Origin: Casimicrobium sp.
GTDB taxonomy: Bacteria > Pseudomonadota > Gammaproteobacteria > Burkholderiales > Casimicrobiaceae
Reading direction: 5' to 3'
DNA length: 55,504 nt
NCBI GenBank assembly: GCA_051645545.1
Contig: JBOFBL010000555.1
Span: 1 to 55,504 of the forward strand
A program made the position numbers and the translations under genes. The notes under the pieces were generated by a model. It searched no databases. It was not told the origin of the DNA and was given only the letters and a program-made list of their open reading frames with translations. Numbering within the stretch: position 1 is the first letter of the stretch; each line of letters starts with the position of its first letter. Positions 28,737-37,099 of this stretch are shown in pieces.

Positions 28737-29129
28737 TTACGTGCGTCGCCTGTTCTGACTGGTTATGCGTGCGGCTTGCGCTTTAACGCGTCGTTGATCG
28801 TTGCGGGAGAGTTTGCCGGCGCGCGCTTTGTTTAAAAGGTGGTGATCATAAAAGACCAAACCGGCGGTGATTGTGATTTTCATCTGATGCTCGGGTAATG
28901 CGTTAATCTGTTTACTACCTATGCCGCCCCATCGGGGTTCGCCCGGTTTAACTTCGACATTGAAGTCGGTCACGACGCCAAGCTCGCGCAAAACACCGTT
29001 CGCGTCGAAGGTTGAGATTTTTCCAGCGAGTAGTAATTTCGGGAAAGGCTTGGCTGGTTTGGCGTCAACGGGATAGTTTTCAGTCTCGTCGAGGATTCGC
29101 GGTTCTGGTATGGGGGTTGAGTGTTTAAT
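28737..29129 (-). CDS. Hypothetical protein, probable ATT start
   Basis: Frame open to an ATT preceded by GAGG and overlapping upstream stop; alternative TTG start 28991. Confidence 0.5.
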   Translation of the reverse strand: MKHSTPIPEPRILDETENYPVDAKPAKPFPKLLLAGKISTFDANGVLRELGVVTDFNVEVKPGEPRWGGIGSKQINALPEHQMKITITAGLVFYDHHLLNKARAGKLSRNDQRRVKAQAARITSQNRRRT

Positions 29130-29409
29130 GTGGCCTCGTGATTTCGGTTGATAGATACGAAGATCGCGCTGCGCGTCGAATTGCGCTATTGGCGATCACT
29201 GTTGCGGGCTGTACGGCCAACGATACGGCGCGAAGCGCGACGATGACATCGGAGCTCGTTGTGGCCATCGTCCGAAGTGCTGCACTCATCTTTGGTAGCT
29301 GCACTAGAAGCGCATTAAAGTCGCGTTGCAACGCTTGAGCGCGCTCGTATCGAATTTTGTTCTGCCTGTGCATTGCGGATTGGCGTTTTCGTTTGCTGCG
29401 GTTGCTCAT
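29125..29409 (-). CDS. Hypothetical protein
   Basis: Packed in leftward operon. Confidence 0.6.
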   Translation of the reverse strand: MSNRSKRKRQSAMHRQNKIRYERAQALQRDFNALLVQLPKMSAALRTMATTSSDVIVALRAVSLAVQPATVIANSAIRRAARSSYLSTEITRPH

Positions 29410-29412
29410 TGC

Positions 29413-29754
29413 TTAATTCTCGGGTTGCGGCATCGGCCCGCACCAACGTCCTTCCGGTGCTGCCTCTAAGTCGCATTCGAAAATTGGCGGGATGTTGTTG
29501 TATTTCCCCTGCAAAGTTACGCAGCAAAAACCGTCTCGGTTCTTGTATTTTGAAACTTGGACTAGCGCGACTGCGTCGCGACTAATTTGGCTCAATGTAA
29601 TGTTCTGAAAGTAATAAAAACCAGCGCGTGTTGGTTTTGTGTCTCGCCAATAAATCGTTCGCGCGTCAAGTTCTTTTTCGAGAAACTTGATGCGAGCGTC
29701 TTTCTTTTTTTCGATAAGATCGGCGTCGAATTGTGGGTGTGGGTCATTGCTCAT
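29413..29754 (-). CDS. Hypothetical protein
   Basis: ATGA coupling; W...KPT..G.Y...W.GP...P pattern common in phage early proteins. Confidence 0.7.
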   Translation of the reverse strand: MSNDPHPQFDADLIEKKKDARIKFLEKELDARTIYWRDTKPTRAGFYYFQNITLSQISRDAVALVQVSKYKNRDGFCCVTLQGKYNNIPPIFECDLEAAPEGRWCGPMPQPEN

Positions 29755-29966
29755 TCGTCATCCGTTCCTATTTCGCGTTCCCATTGGCTGCGTCCCGATG
29801 CTGGGAGTGCGTTGACGAACTGTTTTCGCGCGCACCACACGTTGCCGCCGATCGCGGGAAACGCAAGATACTTGCCCTGAATCGTTGCGTACCAACGTCC
29901 AAACCCCGAGCAGGTGCGGCACCCGCCGCGCGGGTGTTTGGGCGTCATGTTTTGTGGGTGAATCAC
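29751..29966 (-). CDS. Small Cys-containing hypothetical protein
   Basis: GTGA/ATGA overlaps at both ends; CRTC. Confidence 0.55.
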   Translation of the reverse strand: MIHPQNMTPKHPRGGCRTCSGFGRWYATIQGKYLAFPAIGGNVWCARKQFVNALPASGRSQWEREIGTDDE

Positions 29967-30415
29967 CGTCGAAGTTGTTTCGCGAGTCGATCGTACAAGA
30001 CTACATTGACTGTTGCGGCTAGGTTCATGCAGTATGCCGTCGGGATTGCAATGCGGTGTTTGCACCAATCTAGCGTTTCATTGTCGAGTGTGCCATCTTC
30101 TGGTCCAAAGACGTAAAACGCGCGCTCCGGGTGAGTAAAATTGACTAGTGATTTTGAGTCTGGCACGAGGTCTACGGCCACGGGCGTGCAATGATAGGGC
30201 AGCGCGTCACGAAGTGACTTCACGTTTAACAAAGGCAAGTGCCGATAGCGTTTTTGCGTATCGGTTTGCGCTTTTTCAAGCGTTGTGAATCTGTTGCCGC
30301 TAACGACTACCTGTGATGCTGAATAACAGCCTGCGGCTCGTAGCGCGCACGCGATGTTCTCGGGAAACTTTGGCTGGTGCAGTGCCACGATTGCATAACC
30401 GCGTTTGTTTTTCAT
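29963..30415 (-). CDS. SPOUT (SpoU/TrmH/TrmL-like) RNA methyltransferase
   Basis: PK.PEN....RA motif 1, YVFGPEDG motif 2, IPT..CMNLAAT...VLY motif 3. Confidence 0.88.
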   Translation of the reverse strand: MKNKRGYAIVALHQPKFPENIACALRAAGCYSASQVVVSGNRFTTLEKAQTDTQKRYRHLPLLNVKSLRDALPYHCTPVAVDLVPDSKSLVNFTHPERAFYVFGPEDGTLDNETLDWCKHRIAIPTAYCMNLAATVNVVLYDRLAKQLRR

Positions 30416-31392
30416 CTCGGAAACTCCAAATGCTCGCGGCCGTCGAGAGTCCGGCCTGCGCGCTTTGTGCCGACGCGGTAGGTGCCCATTGCGCCATTAA
30501 TCCATGCGTTTGGTTGGTCGACGAGGAGCGCTTCGCCTGATAGGCGAATCACGCGGCTCTCAACTACGCAGCGCGTTCCGTAGATGTCGTCAAGCACCGC
30601 TTGGTCTTCGCCGTCGCGTGCCTTGCGTTTTGAGCGGTAAAGTTGTTGTTGACCGGCGTCGGTCATCTGATTGATCGGTAGCCACTCGCCCCACTGTTTG
30701 AAATGAAACGGTACGCCTGCGGCGGCGCATTGATCGCGCAGGCTACGGAACCAGTCGGGGTGTGCGGGGCGTGCGCCGTGGCCGCTTTCGCCGCCTGCGA
30801 TGACCCAGTCGAGTTGCAAATTGATCGGCGGCATGTTGAGCGTGTCGTAGTCGATTTCGCTCAGTGCTTCACCGCGTGCTTGTTTGGCGTGTACGGCATG
30901 CTTCTGTAAATCCATGTCGATCGCGCCGAGCAGTGGCTCAAGGCTAACGAAGTGTTTGGTGGCGGGCGTTTGCAACAGCTTCCATCTGTCGCGATTCCAT
31001 TCTTCCTGATTCACGCACGTCGCGCCGAGCCATAGGTTCGGCAGTGGCGTTTCGATGATGCCGTTGCGGGTGATCGCGCCCGATTCGCGCAGCATTTTGT
31101 TCGCGTTGCCGATGCGTTTGGTGAGGATGAGCCAAGTGAGATTCGGTGTTTCGCGAATCAGATTGAAAAACCGCGTGCGCCCTTCTTTCGCGGCTTGCTT
31201 GTTCCACCGTCGCGGCGAATCCCAATTCTCGGTGTGTTTGCGCGGTTGCCCCGCGCCCCATTGCACGACGTGAAACCGCGTGTCAGCGATGTTCTCCGCA
31301 TAGCAATGATCGCAACCGGGCGAGACCTTCGTGCAGCCCTGCCACGGCGACCAGGTTTTGTCGGTCCAAGAGATTTTGGTGGTGTCGCTCAT
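30412..31392 (-). CDS. Phage Gp37/Gp68 (DUF5131) radical-SAM-like protein
   Basis: ISWTD..W.PW.GCTKVSPGCDHCYA, LTKR, SLEPLLG, DWVIAGGESG, FKQWG. Confidence 0.9.
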   Translation of the reverse strand: MSDTTKISWTDKTWSPWQGCTKVSPGCDHCYAENIADTRFHVVQWGAGQPRKHTENWDSPRRWNKQAAKEGRTRFFNLIRETPNLTWLILTKRIGNANKMLRESGAITRNGIIETPLPNLWLGATCVNQEEWNRDRWKLLQTPATKHFVSLEPLLGAIDMDLQKHAVHAKQARGEALSEIDYDTLNMPPINLQLDWVIAGGESGHGARPAHPDWFRSLRDQCAAAGVPFHFKQWGEWLPINQMTDAGQQQLYRSKRKARDGEDQAVLDDIYGTRCVVESRVIRLSGEALLVDQPNAWINGAMGTYRVGTKRAGRTLDGREHLEFPR

Positions 31393-31820
31393 TTGAATTT
31401 TGGCGATGTGGGTTCGATGTGTTCGCTTCCCCATTCAAAAGCGTTAACGATTGCCTCGTCGGCTATCCGTGTAATCTCGGTTGACCCGTCTTCGGCTTCG
31501 TCGTTAATTTGCGCGGCCACGTCTTTTTTCCAGTTTTCGAGATTTAAGATCGCGAGGTTCGGTGTGTCGATGCCTGATTCGCCGTCCCAGAAGTGCGGGT
31601 GTTGTTCGGTGGAAAATCGAAGTTGATCGTTGCTAATGGTGATCAAGATGCCATCGCTCAGTGCGCGTGCGTGAGGGTAGGGTGGAAACTCATGTTCTGG
31701 TGTGACAAATAGTTCGCGCACGACGACGCGGTGAATGTCTTCGATGACTTGCGTGTCTTCGATCGAGCCGCCGAATACTTCGTCGACGATTTTTGCGAGT
31801 AGGTCTTTTGAGATTGGCAT
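31389..31820 (-). CDS. Hypothetical protein
   Basis: ATGA coupling to DUF5131 gene. Confidence 0.7.
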   Translation of the reverse strand: MPISKDLLAKIVDEVFGGSIEDTQVIEDIHRVVVRELFVTPEHEFPPYPHARALSDGILITISNDQLRFSTEQHPHFWDGESGIDTPNLAILNLENWKKDVAAQINDEAEDGSTEITRIADEAIVNAFEWGSEHIEPTSPKFK

Positions 31821-31822
31821 GA

Positions 31823-32224
31823 TTAAAAGGGGGTAGAAGGTGGGGGCGGTGGGGCCGCAGGTCGTGGTTGTTGCGAATACGGTGGAGCGGGTGGGTTGAC
31901 GTTTGGGTTGGGCTTTATTCGCATCTCGTTTTTTTGTTCCTCAAGCTCGCCTGGTGTTTTCATGCAGCGCTCGTAGTTGCCGAGCGAGTGAAAGGTTTCG
32001 GTTTTTGTCACGACGCGAAACGCAGTGCCGTGCATGTGTTCGTGCTTTGCGATCCATGCTTCTTCGGCTTCTAGTAGTGCGGCATCAATCTGGTTTTGGC
32101 GAGCCATCATCGCGGCGGCTTTGAGCCAAGGCATCGCGCATGCGCTTGTGTCGACAGGAACCCACGCTTGGTTTCGGTGGGAAATCTCTAATCGGTGCTC
32201 GGTGTGGGTGATGCTCGTGCTCAT
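31823..32224 (-). CDS. Hypothetical protein with Pro-rich tail
   Basis: Operon packing. Confidence 0.6.
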   Translation of the reverse strand: MSTSITHTEHRLEISHRNQAWVPVDTSACAMPWLKAAAMMARQNQIDAALLEAEEAWIAKHEHMHGTAFRVVTKTETFHSLGNYERCMKTPGELEEQKNEMRIKPNPNVNPPAPPYSQQPRPAAPPPPPSTPF

Positions 32225-32228
32225 GGGG

Positions 32229-32492
32229 CTAACTCGCTTTTTGAGCTCGGGCGCGGTGTTGTGCGGCGGTGATATAGCCCACAGCAAGCGGTTCGTAAGG
32301 CGTGCTCGGGTCGTAGTTAAAGCCGAGTTGTTCTATGTGCTGACCGATTGAGTACGCCGCGTAGCCGATGATTTCGTAGACGTCGATTTCGTTGTGCTCT
32401 TGAAGTTGAATCAAGGTTTTGTTGATTGCGTCGTGGACGGTTTTTGCTTTGTCCGGGTCGTACTCGACGGTCTTTTTCACTGTTGTGCTCAT
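32229..32492 (-). CDS. Hypothetical protein
   Basis: ATGA coupling. Confidence 0.65.
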   Translation of the reverse strand: MSTTVKKTVEYDPDKAKTVHDAINKTLIQLQEHNEIDVYEIIGYAAYSIGQHIEQLGFNYDPSTPYEPLAVGYITAAQHRARAQKAS

Positions 32493-32863
32493 GCGGCTTT
32501 CCTTTTTGCTTCAATTCGTTGAGTAAGGTCGGTGACGATCTGCGGGTTCTCGTCGCGCCACTGTTGCCAGCTTTCGTCGGTGAGTTTGTGGTTGATCCAT
32601 TCAAGTGTGTCGGGTTTTGGTTTGAAGGGTTTTCGGTATCGTTCGCAGCGCGCGCATACCGATTTCCATTTGCGCAGACCGCTCAGGTGTTTGCTGCAAA
32701 AGTAAAGCCCGCAGCCGACTTCGCCGCCATAGGGTTCGTCGCCGCACACGTGTGATAGCCCGCGATCAATTTCTTCGTTGCATTTCGGGTGATCGCAAAT
32801 CGCGGGCACGCCGTAGCCGATGTTGCGTTGCCAGTTTTCGTCGTAACCAATTGACCAGCCCAT
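32489..32863 (-). CDS. Conserved phage Cys/His-rich protein
   Basis: MGWSIGYD...IGYGVPA.CDHP.C...IDRGL..VCG...GCGLYFC pattern. Confidence 0.8.
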   Translation of the reverse strand: MGWSIGYDENWQRNIGYGVPAICDHPKCNEEIDRGLSHVCGDEPYGGEVGCGLYFCSKHLSGLRKWKSVCARCERYRKPFKPKPDTLEWINHKLTDESWQQWRDENPQIVTDLTQRIEAKRKAA

Positions 32864-33378
32864 TACTCAGCCTTCCTTTCCTGTGTGCACGCCGCCGGCA
32901 ACACGTCGGCGCTCGTCATGATTTGTTTGGCTTGCAAGCGCTCGTTCATGGTGACGATCGCGTCGCGCACTTCGGCGATGGTGCTGTGTTGCGCTTGCAG
33001 CTCGTGATAGTCGATCGCTTCGCGCAGTGTGGCGAGCTCGCTCGCGGTGGCGACGTAGCGGCCGCGCGTTTCGAAGCGCTGGCGCAGTGTTAGCAGGGCG
33101 TATTGCGCGGCTTTGAACGCGGGCAAGGCTTCTTCGCCGATGCCGCGCTCGGCGAGCAGCATGCCGATGTTCGTCACGTTCGCGAGCGCGCCAAAATGGT
33201 CGTCGTCGCAGCGCCCGGTGCGCAGCGCTTCGAGCGAGTTGCGTGCGAAGATGGCAACATCAATCGCGTTCTCCAGCGGCAAGGCTTCGGTGCTGCCGAG
33301 CAAGCGCGTAATCGCGCGCGTGTCGCCGTGCGTTTTGCGAACGTTGCGGGGTTTGCGGGGGCGTTTGGAGCGGGGCAT
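32863..33378 (-). CDS. Conserved phage hypothetical protein
   Basis: Basic N-terminus, helical body; TAATG coupling. Confidence 0.75.
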   Translation of the reverse strand: MPRSKRPRKPRNVRKTHGDTRAITRLLGSTEALPLENAIDVAIFARNSLEALRTGRCDDDHFGALANVTNIGMLLAERGIGEEALPAFKAAQYALLTLRQRFETRGRYVATASELATLREAIDYHELQAQHSTIAEVRDAIVTMNERLQAKQIMTSADVLPAACTQERKAE

Positions 33379-33380
33379 GG

Positions 33381-33650
33381 TTAGCGAATTAGTTGCGGTT
33401 GGTTTTCGATTCCGCCGGTATCGCCGATTCGTGCGAGGTAAGCGGCTTCCATCATGAACGTTTCGATCACGCCTTTAATCGCGGCTTCGCGTTTGTCGTC
33501 AGGTAGTGCCGCGAGGCGTTTTGCGTAACCTGCTACATCTAGCCGAACGCTCCACTGGTCAACGATGGATTCCAGTGCGCTCGCTGCGCGTAGAACGCTT
33601 CGTCGCTCAAGCGCGGGTATATCGCGTGGTACGTAATCGTCAGGGTTCAT
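33381..33650 (-). CDS. Hypothetical protein
   Basis: ATGA coupling. Confidence 0.65.
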   Translation of the reverse strand: MNPDDYVPRDIPALERRSVLRAASALESIVDQWSVRLDVAGYAKRLAALPDDKREAAIKGVIETFMMEAAYLARIGDTGGIENQPQLIR

Positions 33651-33829
33651 AGTTCAACAGTTTTGTACTTTGCGATTTCTACGGAAACAAGCGCGCCATT
33701 CACGTAGGTGATTTTGAGAATTGCGTCGCGTGTTGTGCTGTCTGGTGTGTCGTCGATTGCGCTTTCAAGGCTCGAATGTTTATAGGCGCAACCGTTACCG
33801 AGAACGTTCCAATAGCTGATTTCTTTCAC
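33647..33829 (-). CDS. Hypothetical protein
   Basis: GTGA overlap with MTase stop. Confidence 0.55.
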   Translation of the reverse strand: MKEISYWNVLGNGCAYKHSSLESAIDDTPDSTTRDAILKITYVNGALVSVEIAKYKTVEL

Positions 33830-35517
33830 GCGGCTTCCTTCTCTGATTTGGGTGCGTTGAAAACGCACCCTACGGTTTCGGTGGGGTAGGGGATGGCGTC
33901 AACGGCTGCGATGCGTTCGCCAATCCATTTTGCGCATGGAACAGCCCACGAATTACCGAGCGCTTTGTAGCGCGGGCCGTCGGCGCATTCGCTCGCGGGC
34001 TTTTTGCCACGCGGGATCAGCGTGTAATCGTCGGGGAAGCCCTGCAAGCGTTCGCATTCGCGTGGCGTTAAGCGCCGCACGGCCATCGCGGCAGCGTGCG
34101 GCGCGTGCGCAATCGGTTCTACGATCTTCGTGTCGCTCGGCGCGAGCGTGAGCGCGGGAGTGGTGATCGCTTCGGTGACGTACAAGCCGCCGTTGGGTCT
34201 GTCCGGGCGCACGCCGTTGGCGTCGTTAAAACAGACGTTGTAGGCGACGGCTTGCACTTCGCTGCGCGCTTCGAGTGTGTACGCGGTGTTGCTTTCGCTG
34301 ACGCCAATGCCGTTCGGTCCGCTCTCGGGGTTCTCACGCACGGCACCGGCTTGAATGGCGATGCACGGCGCGTGCGCGCCCTTCGCAAGTGTGTGGCACG
34401 CGTCGCCCTGTTGCGGGTTGCTGCGGTTTTCGCCGCTGGTGATTTGCGTGGGGTCGAAGGCGATTGCTGGCATCACGCCGGCGTTCGCGTGGGAGTTCGC
34501 GTGTCCGCCTGCGCGCAGTGTGGGTGAAAGGTCGAGCATTGCGTCTGCGCCGTAGTCTTTGGCGCTGAATGCCAACACATGCGGCTTATCGCCGCCGCGC
34601 CCGGTGCCGTCTTCGCTGGCGTCGAAGCCTTCGCCGCGCAATGCGTGCGTGATGAGCGTTTCGGCTTCAAAATCCTGACGGCCCATGCCGCCAGCGTTCA
34701 AGCAATGGGCGATGTTGCCGGTGCTGGCAACAAGCATCCCTCTGTCTTGCCCGGCCCCGCGCGATCGAGCGGTAGCTGAGGTGAGGGTTGTTGCGATGAG
34801 GTGTCTGGCTTGGGCTTGGTTGTTGTCTGCGCCGCATGTTCCAACGCCATGCGCAGTAAGTGCGGAAGCGATTTGCCGCGTTTCTCTGCGCGGCGCAGGA
34901 TGCCCTTGCAGGCTGTGGCGCTCAAGAAGTACCGCTGCGGCACGTCGCCAGTCTCCAAGATGTCCGATAACGAACACACGTTTGCGGCGCTGTGCCACTC
35001 CGAAATATTGAGCGTCAAGGGTGCGCCAGGCAACGCAGTAGGCGCTGCGGTATCCGGGGAGAATGCCGCTGTTGCTCCATCCTTCGCTTGGCGGCTCAAC
35101 GCGCTGGCCCGTGATGAGTCCCAAAAAGCTTGCAAAGTCTCGTCCGGCGTTGCTTGAAAGCACGCCGGGGACGTTCTCCCAAACCAACCAGCGGGGGCGA
35201 TACTTTGCAGCGATGCGAGCAAAGGTAAGCATGAGGTTGCCACGCTCGTCATCCAATCCTTTTCGGAGTCCGGCGACGCTGAAGGATTGGCAAGGGGTTC
35301 CTCCGCAAAGAAGGTCAATTGGCGGTTCGTCATAGGCGGGCATCGGCCAATCTTCAAATTTGGTCATGTCCCCGAGATTGGGAACGTCGGGGTAATGATG
35401 CGCGAGTACGTCGCACGGAAACGATTCGATTTCGCTGAACGCCCAGGGTGTCCACCCCAGGGGTTTCCATGCGACAGAGGCGGCTTCGATGCCGCTGCAT
35501 ACGCTTAGGAATTTCAT
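33826..35517 (-). CDS. DNA cytosine-5 methyltransferase (alpha-like chain, long modular variable region)
   Basis: CSGIEA motif I, GGTPCQSFS, WENVPG, QRRKRVF, RRLTPRECERLQGFPD, GNS motif X. Confidence 0.95.
   Translation of the reverse strand: MKFLSVCSGIEAASVAWKPLGWTPWAFSEIESFPCDVLAHHYPDVPNLGDMTKFEDWPMPAYDEPPIDLLCGGTPCQSFSVAGLRKGLDDERGNLMLTFARIAAKYRPRWLVWENVPGVLSSNAGRDFASFLGLITGQRVEPPSEGWSNSGILPGYRSAYCVAWRTLDAQYFGVAQRRKRVFVIGHLGDWRRAAAVLLERHSLQGHPAPRRETRQIASALTAHGVGTCGADNNQAQARHLIATTLTSATARSRGAGQDRGMLVASTGNIAHCLNAGGMGRQDFEAETLITHALRGEGFDASEDGTGRGGDKPHVLAFSAKDYGADAMLDLSPTLRAGGHANSHANAGVMPAIAFDPTQITSGENRSNPQQGDACHTLAKGAHAPCIAIQAGAVRENPESGPNGIGVSESNTAYTLEARSEVQAVAYNVCFNDANGVRPDRPNGGLYVTEAITTPALTLAPSDTKIVEPIAHAPHAAAMAVRRLTPRECERLQGFPDDYTLIPRGKKPASECADGPRYKALGNSWAVPCAKWIGERIAAVDAIPYPTETVGCVFNAPKSEKEAA
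33851..33874 (-). repeat. GTAG-type REP-like palindrome, copy 1
   Basis: Minus strand CGTAG-GGTGCGTT-TTC-AACGCACC; identical 24-mer at 42312-42335. Confidence 0.75.
34698..35333 (-). CDS. Nested alternative-frame gene, M.EcoHK31I beta-subunit-like
   Basis: ~211-codon frame inside the C5-MTase gene with SLSDILE...VPQRYFLS..AC.GILRRAEKRGK.LP. Confidence 0.75.
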   Translation of the reverse strand: MTNRQLTFFAEEPLANPSASPDSEKDWMTSVATSCLPLLASLQSIAPAGWFGRTSPACFQATPDETLQAFWDSSRASALSRQAKDGATAAFSPDTAAPTALPGAPLTLNISEWHSAANVCSLSDILETGDVPQRYFLSATACKGILRRAEKRGKSLPHLLRMALEHAAQTTTKPKPDTSSQQPSPQLPLDRAGPGKTEGCLLPAPATSPIA

Positions 35518-35789
35518 ACGGGGTCGCTCCATTTCGGAACGCCGTCAACGATGCGCACAGTGCCAACGGCCTCGAACACGGTGAATTCGCAATAGGGGTG
35601 TGCTTGCGCGAGGCGAAGGGCTTCGCGCTCGGCGCTCCACCGTGCGCGATGCACAAAACTCGGGATCGCGCTTGGCTTCATTGAGTAGCCTTCGGTGTTT
35701 TGCGGTGTGATGCGAAACTGCGCATCCTCGGCCGCTTTTGTTTCGTTTAGCACGAGGCATTCGCGGGCTTCGTCGTTGATAGTGGTCAT
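35514..35789 (-). CDS. Hypothetical protein
   Basis: ATGA coupling both ends; P..VH....SA..EA.RLA..HP...F.V pattern. Confidence 0.7.
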   Translation of the reverse strand: MTTINDEARECLVLNETKAAEDAQFRITPQNTEGYSMKPSAIPSFVHRARWSAEREALRLAQAHPYCEFTVFEAVGTVRIVDGVPKWSDPV

Positions 35790-37099
35790 GCGGCTTCCCC
35801 AAACAATCCCACCTGTACGCCATTCGCGCGGATGTATTCAATGCGCGCTTTTGCGATCTCGAAATACTCGGGCTCGCGTTCGATGCCGATGAATCGAAAG
35901 TGTTCCAGCAATGCAGCTTTGCCGGTGCTGCCGCTGCCCATGAAGGGATCCAGTGCGACGCCGCCGCGCGGCGTGACTAGGCGCAACAGGTAGCGCATGA
36001 GTTCGGTGGGTTTGACGGTGGGGTGGTGGTTTTGCCGATAGGTCACTCGGTTCACGCCGCCATCGCCGTTGTCGTAGTGCTCGCCTTTCGCTGCTGCTGC
36101 TGCTGCGTTGCTCATGCCAAAAGCGCGTTTTGCGAACAGCTCCAAGCCTTCGTTGCGATCGGCTTTGCTGGTTTTCGCGCAGTAGAAGAATCGGGCGGCG
36201 CTGCCGAAATCATCTCGAGGTGCAAAGTTTTCGCGTGCGCTGAAATCGCCGTAGGTGTTCACGCTCGGCTTGTCGCCGTGCTGCGGTCCAACGGCATAGA
36301 GTTGACCTGGTGCGTCAGGAAATGCGGCGAGCACTTCATCGCTGCCGTCGTGCAACACGTTCGCTGGCCAACGGCCAATCTCCGTGTTTGTGTTCGCGTT
36401 GTTACTTGCGGCTCGTTCGATGCCGTCTTGCTCTTTCCATCGCTTGAATTTCGAAGCGTCTCCCGTGCTGGGTGGGCGACTGTCGCCAATACGACACGCA
36501 TCAATGTTCAGCGCACCCGTGCCAAACTGCGCGACGTTCGCTGCAACCGTGCTGTCGAGCGGCTTGCGCGCCATTACGATCGGCTCATGTGCGGGCTTGA
36601 GTGCGGTGCCGCCCCAGTCGCCGTTGCGCGATTTCGGAAAGCCATTGCCGTAAATCCACATCAACTGATCGCGGATTTCAAAACCTGCATCCTCGATGCC
36701 GCTGGCCATCCGGTGATACGTGCGCGCCGCTGCAAACGAAAGCAAGTGCGCCCCCGGTTTCAAAATGCGAAACGCCGCAGCCGCCCACTCTTGCGAAAAC
36801 GATTGAAACGCGCGCATCGCGTCGGGGGTGAGGTCGTATTTACCCGCTTCGGCGGCAGCGCTTTTGTGTCCGCCGTTCGGTCCCGCTTGTGGATCGTGGC
36901 TTTTGTGCTCGCGCCGCTGATTCGCGCGGCGTTCAATATCCTCGCCGTCCCACGCCTTGCCCATGAACCGAATACCGTAAGGTGGATCGGTAACGAGCGC
37001 GTCGATGCTGTTGCTCGGCAGTGAGCGCATGACGTCGATGCAATCGCCGAGATAGAGCGACGCATCCCCAACGGTGACCAAATTCGAGGCTGAAAGCAT
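35786..37099 (-). CDS. DNA amino-methyltransferase (N6-A/N4-C), beta class
   Basis: VTDPPYG before DPFMGSGST; HPTVKP; exact start uncertain. Confidence 0.93.
   Translation of the reverse strand: MLSASNLVTVGDASLYLGDCIDVMRSLPSNSIDALVTDPPYGIRFMGKAWDGEDIERRANQRREHKSHDPQAGPNGGHKSAAAEAGKYDLTPDAMRAFQSFSQEWAAAAFRILKPGAHLLSFAAARTYHRMASGIEDAGFEIRDQLMWIYGNGFPKSRNGDWGGTALKPAHEPIVMARKPLDSTVAANVAQFGTGALNIDACRIGDSRPPSTGDASKFKRWKEQDGIERAASNNANTNTEIGRWPANVLHDGSDEVLAAFPDAPGQLYAVGPQHGDKPSVNTYGDFSARENFAPRDDFGSAARFFYCAKTSKADRNEGLELFAKRAFGMSNAAAAAAKGEHYDNGDGGVNRVTYRQNHHPTVKPTELMRYLLRLVTPRGGVALDPFMGSGSTGKAALLEHFRFIGIEREPEYFEIAKARIEYIRANGVQVGLFGEAA

Noticed and set aside
36089-36107. Short (GCA)n run in the amino-MTase
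   Set aside because: In-frame poly-Ala, too short to imply contingency behaviour
33826-37099. Complete restriction-modification system
   Set aside because: No recognisable endonuclease; the MTases look orphan
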